From contig OY969811.1 in assembly GCA_963703315.1 (NCBI GenBank), positions 3,264,001-3,328,000 on the forward strand: a stretch of DNA of 64,000 nt. The letters are read 5' to 3'. The notes beneath the pieces were generated by a model. It saw nothing but the letters and a program-made list of their open reading frames with translations. It was not told where the DNA came from and made no database searches. Below, piece after piece: positions 20,430 through 31,235 of this stretch; the first letter of the stretch is position 1; each line of letters begins with the position of its first letter. The stretch is from an uncultured cyanobacterium (lineage in GTDB: Bacteria > Cyanobacteriota > Cyanobacteriia > Pseudanabaenales > Pseudanabaenaceae). The position numbers were made by a program, and so were the translations under genes.

Positions 20430-20471
20430 GCTCTCTAGAAAAACTGGACAGCGATCGCGCCAGACTTCAAT

Positions 20472-20684
20472 TTAGAACTTACCACCTGAGCCAGTATCCG
20501 CAGCACCTGTATCGGCTGCTCCAGTATCGGCTGCTCCGTTGGATTCAGAATCTTCAGGATCATTATAATTACCCATTGGTCTTCTGCGTCCAAAGCGACC
20601 TATAGGAGTGCGCTTACGAAACTTACGTGCATACGCTTGGTTGCGAAGAGCTTTTTCTTTCTTCTGATTGCGGCGCTTAGCCAT
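20472..20684 (-). CDS. Small basic protein with acidic GAADT-repeat tail
   Basis: MAKRRNQKKEKALRNQAYARKFRKR; three 15-nt tandem repeats. Confidence 0.7.
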   Translation of the reverse strand: MAKRRNQKKEKALRNQAYARKFRKRTPIGRFGRRRPMGNYNDPEDSESNGAADTGAADTGAADTGSGGKF

Positions 20685-20789
20685 GTTAAACTGTTATACC
20701 CCTTAGAGAGATTGCGTCTATTTAAGCTAGCACAAAACGAGAAATAGACACACAAATTATTTTTAGCATTAGCTACTATCTTAATTCAT

Positions 20790-20861
20790 AAGTACCTTGA
20801 CACAATTAAAAACAGTTCAAAAACCTGTGGCGCACGCTCCGCGTGCGCCACAGGTTTTTGA
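20790..20861. repeat. Partial TAAGTA-family MITE
   Basis: TAAGTAC start and AAAACCTGTGGCGCACGC..GCGTGCGCCACAGGTTTT hairpin shared with 18595 and 39528 copies. Confidence 0.65.
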
Positions 20862-20896
20862 GTCTAAAAGGCTTGCTGGGGTTGCTTTTTGTGATA

Positions 20897-21748
20897 ATGG
20901 ATAAACTTTCTCTTTTCCCAACTGAAGATGGCTCTGTTACGTTTTGGTCAGAAACTTTTCAAGAAACTTTCCATAGCTCTCACGGCGCGAAGCACGAAGC
21001 TGAAGCCAAGTTTGTCATTCCCGCAAGAATTGCAGAAAAAGCTGCATCTCAAACTCAACTCCATATCCTTGATGTTTGCTATGGCTTAGGCTACAACACG
21101 GCGGCAGCGATCGCCTGTGTCCATGAGTTACCAAATCGCACCGCTAATCTACACATCATTGCTCTCGAAAATAATCTTGAGGTTCCGCAAAAAGCGATCG
21201 CTTCAGGATTAGTAAATATTTGGCAACCAGCGATCGCCCAAATCCTCCAAACTGCTGCTGCAAAACAAATTGTCGAAACTGAAGATTTGTCTTTACAACT
21301 TCTGATCGGTGATGCCAGACAAACTATTAGGCAAGTTCCTATGCAATGGGCAGATGCCATCTTTCTTGATCCCTTCTCTCCCCCCCATTGCCCCCAACTC
21401 TGGACAGTGGAATTTATTAAACTTCTAGCCAACTGCCTCAAACCTGATGGCTATCTCGTTACTTACTCCTCATCTGCCGCCGTGCGTGCTGCCATGCTGG
21501 AAGCTCGTTTACAAATTGGGGCGATCGCACCCATCGGACGCAAATCTCCCAGCACGATCGCCGCTTTCCCTCCTACACCATTACCCCCCATATCTGAAAC
21601 CGAAGCCGCTTTCCTGAAGACTCGTGCTGCCATTCCCTACCGCGATCGCACCCTTACAGCCACAGCTTCAGAAATCATTGCTAGCCGCCAAGCCGAACAA
21701 AACAGTAGCAACTTGCCACCGAGTTCTAGCTTACGCAAAAAAGTTTAG
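20897..21748 (+). CDS. MnmC/MnmD-type SAM-dependent methyltransferase
   Basis: TEDGSVTFWSETFQETFHS, LDVCYGLGYN, FLDPFSP, TYSSSAAVR. Confidence 0.85.
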   Translation: MDKLSLFPTEDGSVTFWSETFQETFHSSHGAKHEAEAKFVIPARIAEKAASQTQLHILDVCYGLGYNTAAAIACVHELPNRTANLHIIALENNLEVPQKAIASGLVNIWQPAIAQILQTAAAKQIVETEDLSLQLLIGDARQTIRQVPMQWADAIFLDPFSPPHCPQLWTVEFIKLLANCLKPDGYLVTYSSSAAVRAAMLEARLQIGAIAPIGRKSPSTIAAFPPTPLPPISETEAAFLKTRAAIPYRDRTLTATASEIIASRQAEQNSSNLPPSSSLRKKV

Positions 21749-21849
21749 ATAGAGCGCGAAGCACTCTATCTAAACTTTTTTGCGTAAATTATAGACATTG
21801 GATCGATCATGCTCTAACATAGATGATCGCGACTTTTTTGGCATTCCTC

Positions 21850-22212
21850 ATGAACGCTTCTGAAATCATCCGCTCAATTGAAGCGGAATATATCAAAACA
21901 GATCTCCCTACAATTTACGTGGGAGACACTGTTAAGGTTGGAGTTAGAATCAAAGAGGGCGGCAAAGAACGTACTCAGCCTTATGAAGGCGTGATCATCG
22001 CAAGACGTGGTTCTGGCATTAACTCTGTCATTACTGTCCGTCGTGTATTTCAAGGGATCGGAGTTGAGCGAGCCTTCTTGCTTCATTCTCCCCAAATTGA
22101 AAGCATTAAAGTGATCCGTCGCGGTAAAGTGCGTCGTGCCAAGCTCTACTACTTACGTGACCTTGTTGGTAAAGCAACTCGTCTTAAACAACGATTTGAT
22201 CGACCACTATAG
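21850..22212 (+). CDS. rplS: 50S ribosomal protein L19
   Basis: GDTVKV...[24 protein letters not shown]. Confidence 0.98.
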   Translation: MNASEIIRSIEAEYIKTDLPTIYVGDTVKVGVRIKEGGKERTQPYEGVIIARRGSGINSVITVRRVFQGIGVERAFLLHSPQIESIKVIRRGKVRRAKLYYLRDLVGKATRLKQRFDRPL

Positions 22213-22312
22213 AGCAATTTATAGGTATACTAAGTATCAAGTGCTATTTTAATGTAGTAACTGATGCTACAAGTATCATTGGTTACAAGTCAAAATCGTC
22301 TCTTTATTACGT

Positions 22313-22385
22313 GCGTCCTTAGTTCAGTTGGTAGAACGCAGGTCTCCAAAACCTGATGTCGGGGGTTCGAGTCCCTCAGGGCGCG
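22313..22385 (+). tRNA. trnW: tRNA-Trp (CCA)
   Basis: Cloverleaf GCGTCCT/AGGGCGC, anticodon loop CTCCAAA, GGTTCGAGTCC; upstream of secE. Confidence 0.97.
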
Positions 22386-22502
22386 CTTCACCAATATTAA
22401 ACAAGCTCAAATACAAACCAAAGATTAACTAGGTTTGCTCAAGATTGTCATTAAATACATTGCATTTATAAGGATTGCAAAGGGATCGCAAGAGTTGCCG
22501 CT

Positions 22503-22754
22503 ATGACCAAAAATGAAGTTAAAGAGCAACCAAAAGAAGTGTCAAAAGACGAATCAGATAGTTCATCTGATGCCTCTGGAGTATCTAAATTTTTCGCAGA
22601 GTCCAAAGCCGAATTTGGCAAAATTGTTTGGCCAACCCGCCAACAATTAATCAGTGAATCTGCCTCTGTACTTTTGATGATCGTTGCGGTTGCCACCTTT
22701 GTCTATTTGATTGATGCATTGTTTAAAGCGATCGCATTGCAGGTGTTTCAATAA
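22503..22754 (+). CDS. secE: Preprotein translocase subunit SecE
   Basis: EFGKIVWPTRQQL + TM helix; synteny. Confidence 0.95.
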   Translation: MTKNEVKEQPKEVSKDESDSSSDASGVSKFFAESKAEFGKIVWPTRQQLISESASVLLMIVAVATFVYLIDALFKAIALQVFQ

Positions 22755-23398
22755 TGTTTACCGAGGACATCGACCACTCATCTAGCAGCCAAGAGGAGTC
22801 GGGAGTACTATTTCAGTGGTACGCCGTCCAGATTGCTTCAGGATGCGAAAAAAAGGTTAAGTCGAGCCTAGAACAACGCATCAAAACCCTTGATGTCGAG
22901 GATAGGATCAAGCAAATTGAAATTCCGCAGACACCGACAGTCAAACTTAGAAAAGATGGCAGTCGGTTAGCCTCTGAGGAAAAGATTTTTCCAGGATATG
23001 TTTTGATTCAGATTAAAACTGTCAGAAATGAAATCGGGCAGTTAGAAGTTGATGATGATGCATGGCTTGCTGTGAAAAGTACACCCCATGTAATTAACTT
23101 CGTCGGAACAGAGCAAAAGCGTCATTATGGGCGCGGTCGGGGACACGTTAAACCTCGTCCTTTGACAGAGAAAGAAGTCGAAAGAATCTTTCGCGTTACC
23201 GTCGAACAAGAGCCAGTTCTCAAAATCAACATGGCTCAAGGCGACAAAATTAAAGTGCTTACTGGTCCTTTTAAAGACTTTGAAGGTGAAGTGGTAGAAG
23301 TAAGCCCTGAGCGCAGTAAACTGAAAGCCCTCCTTTCAATCTTTGGCAGAGACACACCTGTAGAACTAGAGTTCAATCAGGTACAGAAGCAAAATTAA
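22754..23398 (+). CDS. nusG: Transcription termination/antitermination factor NusG
   Basis: [40 protein letters not shown]. Confidence 0.98.
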   Translation: MFTEDIDHSSSSQEESGVLFQWYAVQIASGCEKKVKSSLEQRIKTLDVEDRIKQIEIPQTPTVKLRKDGSRLASEEKIFPGYVLIQIKTVRNEIGQLEVDDDAWLAVKSTPHVINFVGTEQKRHYGRGRGHVKPRPLTEKEVERIFRVTVEQEPVLKINMAQGDKIKVLTGPFKDFEGEVVEVSPERSKLKALLSIFGRDTPVELEFNQVQKQN

Positions 23399-23459
23399 GA
23401 CAAAACTACAGCACAAGTTTGTAGATTTTTTAACAGCTATAAAATGGCTAAAAAAGAAA

Positions 23460-23885
23460 ATGGCTAAAAAAGTTACGGCAGTTATTAAGCTAGCGCTCAA
23501 TGCTGGCAAAGCAAGTCCCACTCCACCAGTTGGTCCTGCTCTAGGTCAACATGGTGTCAACATCATGATGTTTTGTAAGGAATATAATGCCCGTACTGCT
23601 GATCAAGCAGGTATGGTTATTCCTGTAGAAATATCTGTATATGAAGATCGTAGCTTTACTTTCATTCTGAAGACGCCTCCAGCTTCAGTCTTAATCCAAA
23701 AAGCGGCTGGTATCTCTTCTGGATCAGCAGAGCCTAACCGTAAGAAAGTTGGTTCCATCACTAGAGAGCAACTTCGCCAAATCGCGGAAACTAAGCTTCC
23801 TGACCTTAATGCTAATGACATTGAAGGTGCAACTAAGATTATTGAAGGTACTGCGAGAAACATGGGCGTTACTATTACCGCCTAG
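23460..23885 (+). CDS. rplK: 50S ribosomal protein L11
   Basis: [23 protein letters not shown]. Confidence 0.99.
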   Translation: MAKKVTAVIKLALNAGKASPTPPVGPALGQHGVNIMMFCKEYNARTADQAGMVIPVEISVYEDRSFTFILKTPPASVLIQKAAGISSGSAEPNRKKVGSITREQLRQIAETKLPDLNANDIEGATKIIEGTARNMGVTITA

Positions 23886-23929
23886 TTTTAAAAGACCGAT
23901 CAAATACAAACTTCCATAAAAAATTTAGC

Positions 23930-23964
23930 TGGGGGAGGGAATTCATATTTCCGATCGCACCCCA
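23930..23964 (+). promoter_or_regulatory. Ribosomal protein L1 binding site (autoregulatory leader) before rplA
   Basis: TGGGGGAGGG...TTCCG...CACCCCA hairpin with GGAG internal loop, next to the rplA RBS. Confidence 0.55.
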
Positions 23965-23975
23965 TAGGAGTAATC

Positions 23976-24689
23976 ATGGCAAAGAAGATATCAAAGCGTC
24001 TCAAGGAAGCCCTCAGCAAGGTTGAGGAACGTCCTTATGCGCCGATAGAAGCTCTCGAACTAGTTAAAGCGACTGCAACGGCAAAGTTTCCTGAGTCCGT
24101 AGAAGCTCACGTAAGACTAGGAATTGATCCTAAGTACGCTGACCAACAACTGAGAACCACTGTCACCCTACCTAAGGGAACAGGACAAACCATTCGCGTT
24201 GCAGTTATCGCTCGTGGTGAAAAAGTTGCAGAAGCGATCGCCGCAGGTGCAGATATCGCTGGTTCTGAGGAACTAATTGATGAGATCAGCAAAGGTAGAT
24301 TAGATTTTGATTTGCTAATCGCCACCCCTGATGTTATGCCTCAAGTGGCTAAGCTTGGTAAATTGCTTGGTCCAAGAGGATTAATGCCTTCTCCTAAGGG
24401 TGGTACGGTAACTACTGACTTAGGTGGTGCGATTAATGAGTTCAAAGCTGGTAAGCTAGAATTCCGTGCAGATCGTACTGGGATTGTCCATATCCAGTTT
24501 GGTAAGGCAGCATTCACTGCACAAGATTTGCTGTTAAACCTCAAAGCTTTGCAAGAAACGATTGATCGTAATCGTCCTTCTGGTGCAAAGGGACGCTACT
24601 GGAGATCTCTGTATGTGTCCGCAACAATGGGGCCATCTATTGAAGTTGATGTAACCACATTGCGCGATCTCAAACTTGGAGACGCATAA
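23976..24689 (+). CDS. rplA: 50S ribosomal protein L1
   Basis: [28 protein letters not shown]. Confidence 0.99.
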   Translation: MAKKISKRLKEALSKVEERPYAPIEALELVKATATAKFPESVEAHVRLGIDPKYADQQLRTTVTLPKGTGQTIRVAVIARGEKVAEAIAAGADIAGSEELIDEISKGRLDFDLLIATPDVMPQVAKLGKLLGPRGLMPSPKGGTVTTDLGGAINEFKAGKLEFRADRTGIVHIQFGKAAFTAQDLLLNLKALQETIDRNRPSGAKGRYWRSLYVSATMGPSIEVDVTTLRDLKLGDA

Positions 24690-24817
24690 AAATAAAGCCT
24701 TTCAAAGTCGTCCATCTTGCAAGAGCATTAACCAAAAGTTTTTACTCTTGCAAAAATTAAAAAAGCTAAGTCTAATTGTTGTCATCAGCCTAGAAAGAAA
24801 TTTCGACAATCAAATAG

Positions 24818-24928
24818 ATCCATAGACAGCAGGTGCTAATAGCTTAATTTCCTGCCGAGGTGATTTAAGAAATATTCCGATCCAGAATATTTCTTGAGCC
24901 TCTCTCTATGAATAGACGAGGCTTTTTT
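24818..24928 (+). promoter_or_regulatory. L10 ribosomal protein leader with attenuator-like hairpin
   Basis: AGACAGCAGG...CTTAA...CCTGCCGAGG core; downstream AGCCTC...GAGGCTTTTTT; upstream of rplJ. Confidence 0.8.
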
Positions 24929-25012
24929 AATGACTTTAAAGATCCCCAAGTTAATAGACATCGTGCTTAGTGCCATGTTTATTAACTCCAAACATAAGGA
25001 GGTGCAAAATAC

Positions 25013-25540
25013 ATGGGTAAGACCCTAGACCAGAAAAAAGTTCTAGTCGGAGAAATGACTCAAGAGTTTGAAGGAACTCAGATGGTCATGGTAATCGATT
25101 ATTCAACTTTGTCAGTAGCGGAGATTACGAAGCTCCGTCGCTCTCTCCGTCCTACAGGCACGGTATGTAGAACGACTAAGAATACTCTTCTCAAACAAGC
25201 AATTTCAGGTACTCCTGAATGGAAGCCTCTAGAAGACTTTCTAGTTGGTCCTTCTGCCTGTTTATTTGTCAAAGATGACATTGGCGGTGCTGTTAAGGCA
25301 TACCAAGCTTTTCAAAAGGAATCTAAAAAAACCGAACTTCGTGGCGGTGTTTTAGAAGGTCGTGCATTGACTGCAAAAGACTTGCAGGCGATCGCCGATC
25401 TACCTTCCAAGGAAGTACTCATCTCGCAAATTGCTGGTGCAATCAATGCAGTTACTGCCAAGATTGCGATCGGTATCAAAGAGGTTCCTCAGTCTCTTGG
25501 ACGCGCTATCAAAGCTGTTTCTGAGAAAGAAGCTGCTTAG
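25013..25540 (+). CDS. rplJ: 50S ribosomal protein L10
   Basis: KNTLLK, LRGGVLEG, IADLPSKEVL; synteny. Confidence 0.97.
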   Translation: MGKTLDQKKVLVGEMTQEFEGTQMVMVIDYSTLSVAEITKLRRSLRPTGTVCRTTKNTLLKQAISGTPEWKPLEDFLVGPSACLFVKDDIGGAVKAYQAFQKESKKTELRGGVLEGRALTAKDLQAIADLPSKEVLISQIAGAINAVTAKIAIGIKEVPQSLGRAIKAVSEKEAA

Positions 25541-25550
25541 AACAATTGGT

Positions 25551-25585
25551 AATTACGAATTACGAATTATCAATTACGAATTATT
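25551..25585 (+). repeat. Heptamer short tandem repeat (STRR-type, AATTACG)
   Basis: AATTACG AATTACG AATTATC AATTACG AATTATT. Confidence 0.85.
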
Positions 25586-25616
25586 AACCTAATCTAATTA
25601 ACTAAAGAGAAAAACT

Positions 25617-26009
25617 ATGTCTGCAAAGATCGACAGCATTATTGAAGAACTAAAGACTTTGAGCCTTCTTGAAGCTTCTGAATTGGTCAAAGCGATCGAA
25701 GAAACCTTCGGCGTATCGGCTGCTGCTCCTGTTGGTGGTGTAGTAGTTGCTGCTGCTGGTGGCGGTGCTGCTGCTGCTGAAGAAGTTGAAGAAAAGACTT
25801 CCTTCGACTTGGTACTTGATGAAGTTCCTGCTGATAAGAAGATCGCGGTTCTGAAGATCGTTCGTGAAATCACTGGCTTGGGCTTGAAAGATGCTAAGGA
25901 CATGGTTGAATCCACTCCTAAGACCATCAAAGAAGGTATGCCTAAGGCTGATGCTGAAGCTGCTAAGAAGCAAATCGAAGAAGCTGGTGGTAAGGTTTCC
26001 ATCAAGTAA
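25617..26009 (+). CDS. rplL: 50S ribosomal protein L7/L12
   Basis: [33 protein letters not shown]. Confidence 0.99.
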   Translation: MSAKIDSIIEELKTLSLLEASELVKAIEETFGVSAAAPVGGVVVAAAGGGAAAAEEVEEKTSFDLVLDEVPADKKIAVLKIVREITGLGLKDAKDMVESTPKTIKEGMPKADAEAAKKQIEEAGGKVSIK

Positions 26010-26122
26010 TTGTTGGCAACACTTAGATTGCTTGTATGTCCTGCTTTGCAGGACATACAAAACCAGAATTAAAGGCACGCTTAGCGTGCCTTTATGATTA
26101 TGTAGCAGTATTTTGGAATAGT

Positions 26123-26401
26123 ATGAGCGACCCTTTATCAGAATTATTTGCGGTGATTGTCGATCGCCGCGAGAATCCCCAAGCAAGTTCCTACACTTGC
26201 AAATTATTTGCAGGTGGTGACAACAAGATTTTGAAAAAAATTGGTGAAGAGTCTGCCGAAGTAGTCATGGCTTGTAAAGATGATGATCCTGACGCGATCG
26301 CTGGGGAAGTTGCCGATTTGTTTTATCACACCTTAGTAGCGATCGCCCATCATCATGTCGATCTCCAACTTGTATATGACAAGCTGGCTCAGCGACGCTA
26401 A
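26123..26401 (+). CDS. hisE: Phosphoribosyl-ATP pyrophosphatase
   Basis: SYTCKLF, KKIGEESAEVVMA, EVADLFYH; ATG 26123. Confidence 0.93.
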   Translation: MSDPLSELFAVIVDRRENPQASSYTCKLFAGGDNKILKKIGEESAEVVMACKDDDPDAIAGEVADLFYHTLVAIAHHHVDLQLVYDKLAQRR

Positions 26402-26503
26402 AGATCGCATTAAGAAACTACGCAGTAATTTTTTAATGCGATCGCCCGAAATCATTATTAATGCAGTAAGATTACCTATGAATTGATCAAAGGGTAGATT
26501 GCT

Positions 26504-28435
26504 GTGGCATCGAATAGTGTAGAGCGTTCTCAGTCTCTGACAGGCAGTATTGTAAAAGGCACTCTCAAAGCTGTTGGCGGCACTTTGCTAGGCATTATTA
26601 TGATTGGTGGTGCAGCCGTAGCTGGTGGACTAGTGGGATTAGCACTCAGTTTTCGCGATCTGCCCGATGTCAGAGTCCTTAAGGGTTATGTCCCTGTGGA
26701 AACTACCTATATTTATGACATTAATGGTGGACTAATTGCTCGTCTACATGGCGATGTTAACCGCGAAGTTGTTACCCTTGATCGCATTTCTCCCCATTTA
26801 AAGCGATCGGTTCTGGCGATGGAAGATGCTTACTTCTATACCCACAAAGGTATTGATCCTAGCGGTATTGGACGCGCAATTTTAGCTAATTTTAGTGCAG
26901 GTGGAACCGTTGAAGGTGGCTCAACCCTCACCCAGCAATTAGTCAAAAACTTATTTTTATCTAACGAACGTAGTCTCAATCGCAAAGTGGCTGAAGCCGT
27001 CTTGGCAATGCGCGTTGAGCAAGTATTTACCAAGGAACAAATCCTTGAAATGTACCTCAATCAAGTATTTTGGGGAAAAAATACTAATGGAGCCGAAACT
27101 GCTTCTCAGAATTATTTTGGTAAATCGGCGGCTGACTTGACTCTTGGGGAGGCTGCCATATTAGCAGGTACGATTCAAGCCCCATCAGTATTTAATCCTG
27201 TAGATAACTATGCTGAAGCCAAGAAGCGACAAGGTTTAGTACTTGATCGCCTGTTAGAACTGGGATGGGCAACACCCGCCGAAATTAAAGCTGCCAAAGC
27301 CCAAAATATTACCATTCGGAAGCAAGGTATCTCCTATGAAGCTAGTCGCGTTCCTTATGTTTCTCAAGCTGTAACCGCAGAGTTAGAAGAAAGATTTGGG
27401 CGCGATGTGGTTTTACAAGGTGGGTTGCGTGTCCAAACGACGATTGATTTAAAGTTACAACGGATTGCTGAGGAAACTGCTGCTGAAGGTCATCGAGACT
27501 TAGTGGATCGTGGAGCCTATGCCGATCAATTGGCTTTAGTGGCTGTCGATCCCCGCACGGGCTTTGTGAAAGCTTTAGTGGGTGGGGTCGGTGATTTTGA
27601 TAAAAATCAATTTAATCGCGCAGTTTTAGCAAGAAGACAATTAGGCTCTTCGTTTAAGCCTTTTGTTTACTATGCTGCTTTTGCTACAGGCAACTACACT
27701 CCAGATTCCGTAATTGACGACAGTCCAATGTCAATTCCTGATGGTGATGAACCATACGTGCCACGCAACTACGACAATAAGTTTTCAGGTGCTATTTCCA
27801 TTCGTCAGGCGATCGCCGTTTCTCGAAATATTCCTGCGCTCAAACTAGGTCTGGAAGTTGGTAATGAGAATGTAGTTGCTATTTGCCGTAAATTAGGGAT
27901 CAATAGTCCGATTAAACCCGTTGTGTCTTTACCGCTTGGGGCTGCTGATGTCACCCCGATGGAAGTGGCAGGAGCCTATGCGGTATTTGCTAGTGGTGGC
28001 TATAAATCAAAAACTACATTAATTGCCCGTGTCACCGATCGCAATGGCAATCTCGTACTAGACAATACTCCCAAGCCAGAGTTAATTCTTGATCCGATCG
28101 CCGTTTCTTACTTAACTGATGCCTTACGTGGAGTAGTGACTAATGGTACAGCAACTGAAGCCCAAATGAGTGACGGGCGACCTGTCGCAGGTAAGACAGG
28201 TACTACCTCTGACTTTCGCGATGCTTGGTTTGTGGGCTATACTCCCCAGTTATCGGTAGCAATTTGGATCGGTAATGATGATTATTCACCAATGGCAAAT
28301 GGCGTGACGGGTGGTGTCTATGTCGTTCCGATTTGGCGAAAATTTATGGAAAGAGCATTAGCTGGACAACCGATTGAGCAGTTCCCAGTCCCATCCGAAA
28401 TCCAAGAAAAAGAAGGTGGCAAAAAGAAAAACTAA
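26504..28435 (+). CDS. Class A penicillin-binding protein (PBP1A family)
   Basis: GT51 motifs EDAYFYTH and GGSTLTQQLVKN; transpeptidase SSFK, SRN, KTGT. Confidence 0.95.
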   Translation: MASNSVERSQSLTGSIVKGTLKAVGGTLLGIIMIGGAAVAGGLVGLALSFRDLPDVRVLKGYVPVETTYIYDINGGLIARLHGDVNREVVTLDRISPHLKRSVLAMEDAYFYTHKGIDPSGIGRAILANFSAGGTVEGGSTLTQQLVKNLFLSNERSLNRKVAEAVLAMRVEQVFTKEQILEMYLNQVFWGKNTNGAETASQNYFGKSAADLTLGEAAILAGTIQAPSVFNPVDNYAEAKKRQGLVLDRLLELGWATPAEIKAAKAQNITIRKQGISYEASRVPYVSQAVTAELEERFGRDVVLQGGLRVQTTIDLKLQRIAEETAAEGHRDLVDRGAYADQLALVAVDPRTGFVKALVGGVGDFDKNQFNRAVLARRQLGSSFKPFVYYAAFATGNYTPDSVIDDSPMSIPDGDEPYVPRNYDNKFSGAISIRQAIAVSRNIPALKLGLEVGNENVVAICRKLGINSPIKPVVSLPLGAADVTPMEVAGAYAVFASGGYKSKTTLIARVTDRNGNLVLDNTPKPELILDPIAVSYLTDALRGVVTNGTATEAQMSDGRPVAGKTGTTSDFRDAWFVGYTPQLSVAIWIGNDDYSPMANGVTGGVYVVPIWRKFMERALAGQPIEQFPVPSEIQEKEGGKKKN

Positions 28436-28444
28436 CTCACAAGA

Positions 28445-28678
28445 TTGAGTAGCCACTTTATGCACCTGAAGGTGATGTCCTTGAAAATATTTCCCCAATT
28501 TTTGTTTGTTTTGCGATTGCTAATTTATTCAGCGATTGTCTCGGCTGTGATTAAATATGCTGTACCCAATTGGTTGGTATTAAGTGAACTGACCGAAGAT
28601 GCCGTGAATGCGATCGCCTTCTTCTGTATCACCATACCTGTGGCATTATTTGCTTTTGTTTTATGGCTAAAGCGCTAA
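28445..28678 (+). CDS. Small two-TM membrane protein
   Basis: Two hydrophobic segments around SAVIKYAVP. Confidence 0.55.
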   Translation: MSSHFMHLKVMSLKIFPQFLFVLRLLIYSAIVSAVIKYAVPNWLVLSELTEDAVNAIAFFCITIPVALFAFVLWLKR

Positions 28679-28745
28679 AGATTCTGCAATTTAATGGCGC
28701 GGCAAGCCGCGCCATTAAATATTTTCATTATTTTAGAGCGAAGCG

Positions 28746-29273
28746 CTAATAATGCTTAATCATTACAAAGCAATTACGACCATTAACCATCGTTTCCGAG
28801 CGAATCTCATTGGCGACGGTTTTGGCGATAAATAAGCCCCTACCCCCCGTAGGAATGTCATCGACACTGGCAAAATCTTGATTTTTTGCGGCTTCTCTAC
28901 TAACTCGTTCTATTTCCGCCTGTAGGTCAAAAGGTTCCCCATAGTCCCAGATCCTTAATTCTAAAAATCTTTCGGTTTCATTAATGGTAATTTCAATGTC
29001 AATAGGAGTTTCTTCAGGAAGTCCTGCATGGGCATAGGAGACAACATTGGTAAAAACTTCAACTAACACCAGATTGCATTGCATCCAAGTTGGGTTTGGC
29101 AACAAATTTTGAAACTGCTGAAACCACTCTTGCAATTGGCTAAGAGCATAAATGTCAGTATTAACTTGGATATGATAATGCTGTAACACTGATGATTGAT
29201 CTGATGTTGTAAGAATCTGACGTTTTAAACTTAAAATCCAGTTATTGGCGGTTATACCAACGCATGAGGACAC
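28746..29273 (-). CDS. Anti-sigma factor / HATPase_c (RsbW-like); true start probably downstream
   Basis: [27 protein letters not shown]. Confidence 0.85.
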   Translation of the reverse strand: MSSCVGITANNWILSLKRQILTTSDQSSVLQHYHIQVNTDIYALSQLQEWFQQFQNLLPNPTWMQCNLVLVEVFTNVVSYAHAGLPEETPIDIEITINETERFLELRIWDYGEPFDLQAEIERVSREAAKNQDFASVDDIPTGGRGLFIAKTVANEIRSETMVNGRNCFVMIKHY

Positions 29274-30585
29274 CTGCTAATTTCTCCGAATCATGACATA
29301 CTGTGCCATTCTCTTTCTCTCTCATGATGTTGGCAATTAAGATAGGACAGCCCATTGCGGCAAGGTTATCTCGATCTAAATGTGTAAAGTGGGAGCCAAA
29401 GGTCGCATAGTGTTGTAGCGATCGCTCAGAAGGTGGTGACTTTTGGACTAAAACGACATCAAATAGTCGCACACCTGCTAACTCATCTAAAACTCTTACA
29501 TAATCAGACACCGCATAATTATCCGTTTCACCTACCTGACTCATGATATTACAAAGATAGATCGATGGTACATGGCGATCGATCAAGGCTTGTAATATTT
29601 CAGGTACGAGCAGGTTAGGAATAATGCTGGTATATAGGCTGCCAGGTCCAATTACAATCAGATCAGCTTCGTTAATATCCTCAACTGCTTGCGGCAATCC
29701 TTGGGGATTATCTGGTTTACAGCCAATATGTTTGATTTTACCTCTGGCTTCAGGAATATTCGACTCTCCCTCCACATAACGCCCATCTTCAAACTCAGCC
29801 CATAGCACCATGTGATCAAGAGTGGCAGGTAAGACGCGACCACGTACGGCTAAAACCTGTGAACTGGCGGCGATCGCCTTTTCTAGATCCCCTGTAACTT
29901 CACTCATCGCGGTCAGGAATAAATTCCCAAAGCTATGTCCTGTTAGCCCTTCTCCTGTTTTAAACCGATATTGAAATAGCTCAGTCACTAATTTTTCTTC
30001 GTCGGCAAGGGCAGCAAGACAATTACGAATATCGCCGGGGGGCAGAACTCCATGCTCACGGCGCAACCGTCCAGAGGAGCCACCATCATCCGCAACCGTG
30101 ACGATCGCTGTAATATTGGCGCTATATTGCTTCAGCCCCCTTAGCAAATTCGACATCCCTGTACCACCGCCCACAGTGACAATTTTGGGACCTCGATTGA
30201 GTTTGCGATGGGAGACTAGTAACTCTAATAGTTCTTTATTTTGATCGGGGATCAAAACTTGCGTAATCGAACCGAGGGCGCGTTTTTGACCTAGCCATAG
30301 CAGCCCTAGACCAATGGCTAAGGCGATCGGACCACTAAGATTGCGTGGCAAAATCGCAACTAAGGTGTCAACACCATTACGGATCAAACGCGAGATAAAT
30401 AAAATCGGGGTTAGTTTTGCGGAAATCGCAATTCCCAACACGATTAAAACAATGCCGATAATGCTAACCAATAGCCATCGCTTCACAAATAAGCCTGGCA
30501 AAAACCACTGAAAACCCCTCAGCCATTTTCTTTGCTTAGCTGCTGAACGAGATCGATTCGCTGACGGCTTTTTTGATGGCTTCAT
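29242..30585 (-). CDS. YvcK/GlmR (UPF0052) family protein
   Basis: [37 protein letters not shown]. Confidence 0.92.
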   Translation of the reverse strand: MKPSKKPSANRSRSAAKQRKWLRGFQWFLPGLFVKRWLLVSIIGIVLIVLGIAISAKLTPILFISRLIRNGVDTLVAILPRNLSGPIALAIGLGLLWLGQKRALGSITQVLIPDQNKELLELLVSHRKLNRGPKIVTVGGGTGMSNLLRGLKQYSANITAIVTVADDGGSSGRLRREHGVLPPGDIRNCLAALADEEKLVTELFQYRFKTGEGLTGHSFGNLFLTAMSEVTGDLEKAIAASSQVLAVRGRVLPATLDHMVLWAEFEDGRYVEGESNIPEARGKIKHIGCKPDNPQGLPQAVEDINEADLIVIGPGSLYTSIIPNLLVPEILQALIDRHVPSIYLCNIMSQVGETDNYAVSDYVRVLDELAGVRLFDVVLVQKSPPSERSLQHYATFGSHFTHLDRDNLAAMGCPILIANIMREKENGTVCHDSEKLAGVLMRWYNRQ

Positions 30586-30598
30586 CTAGCACCCTGTT

Positions 30599-31045
30599 TT
30601 AGCATCCTGTAACATGAACCAGCACTTCGCGGGTATGCCCCAAGTTGCGATGTTCCCAGACAAAAATTCCTTGCCAAGTACCGAGGGCAAGTTTACCATT
30701 AGCGATCGGGATAGTTTCTGAGGTTTTAGTGATAGTACTGCGAATATGTGATGGCATATCATCAATTCCTTCAGAAATGTGGCGATATTGACTCGCATCT
30801 TCAGGAATGAGTTTTGAGAAAAAGGTTTCCAAATCTGCCAATACATCTGGATCGGCATTTTCTTGAATGATTAAACTCGCGGATGTATGCCGCAAAAAGA
30901 CGTTGCATAGTCCCATCTTGATCCCTGATTGAGCAAGAATAGCTTCCACTTGGCGGGTGATATTGTGCAGTTTTTTGCCATTAGTACGCAGCGCTATGGT
31001 TTGCTGCACCATATATTGCACTGTTTGTGGTTGACCTGCGATCAT
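30599..31045 (-). CDS. YjbQ (UPF0047) family protein
   Basis: HTSASL..QENADPDV, DDMPSHIR, LGTWQGI. Confidence 0.92.
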   Translation of the reverse strand: MIAGQPQTVQYMVQQTIALRTNGKKLHNITRQVEAILAQSGIKMGLCNVFLRHTSASLIIQENADPDVLADLETFFSKLIPEDASQYRHISEGIDDMPSHIRSTITKTSETIPIANGKLALGTWQGIFVWEHRNLGHTREVLVHVTGC

Positions 31046-31131
31046 AAATTTTTCCTCAAAGGCTGTAATTCATTTTTAGCGCGGCTATGCCACGCCGCAA
31101 ACAATCGGTTATTTATTTACTGCGTGTCCCT

Positions 31132-31235
31132 TACCCCAATTCACAAAAGTGTTGTTACACTTTCGTGAATTAAAAACCAAACCCAGTAAGGGTTTTCAAA
31201 ACTAAAAATGGCTATGCCATTTTTAGTTTTGGTAT
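31132..31235. repeat. MITE-like element with two internal palindromes
   Basis: AATTCACAAAAGTGT..ACACTTTCGTGAATT and AAAACTAAAAATGGC-TAT-GCCATTTTTAGTTTT; TACC/GGTA ends. Confidence 0.6.

Noticed and set aside
22257..22270. GTA-N8-TAC NtcA-like box before tRNA-Trp
   Set aside because: No properly spaced -10 box, and it forms one arm of a local hairpin
25551..25585. Tandem repeats as a possible CRISPR array
   Set aside because: 7-bp units with no spacers; ordinary STRR. No CRISPR array or cas gene was seen in the window
25598..26186. Long antisense ORFs over rplL, and similarly 45570-46124 over the Spy-like gene and 8086-8604 over the EcsC-like gene
   Set aside because: Reverse-frame shadows of well-supported genes
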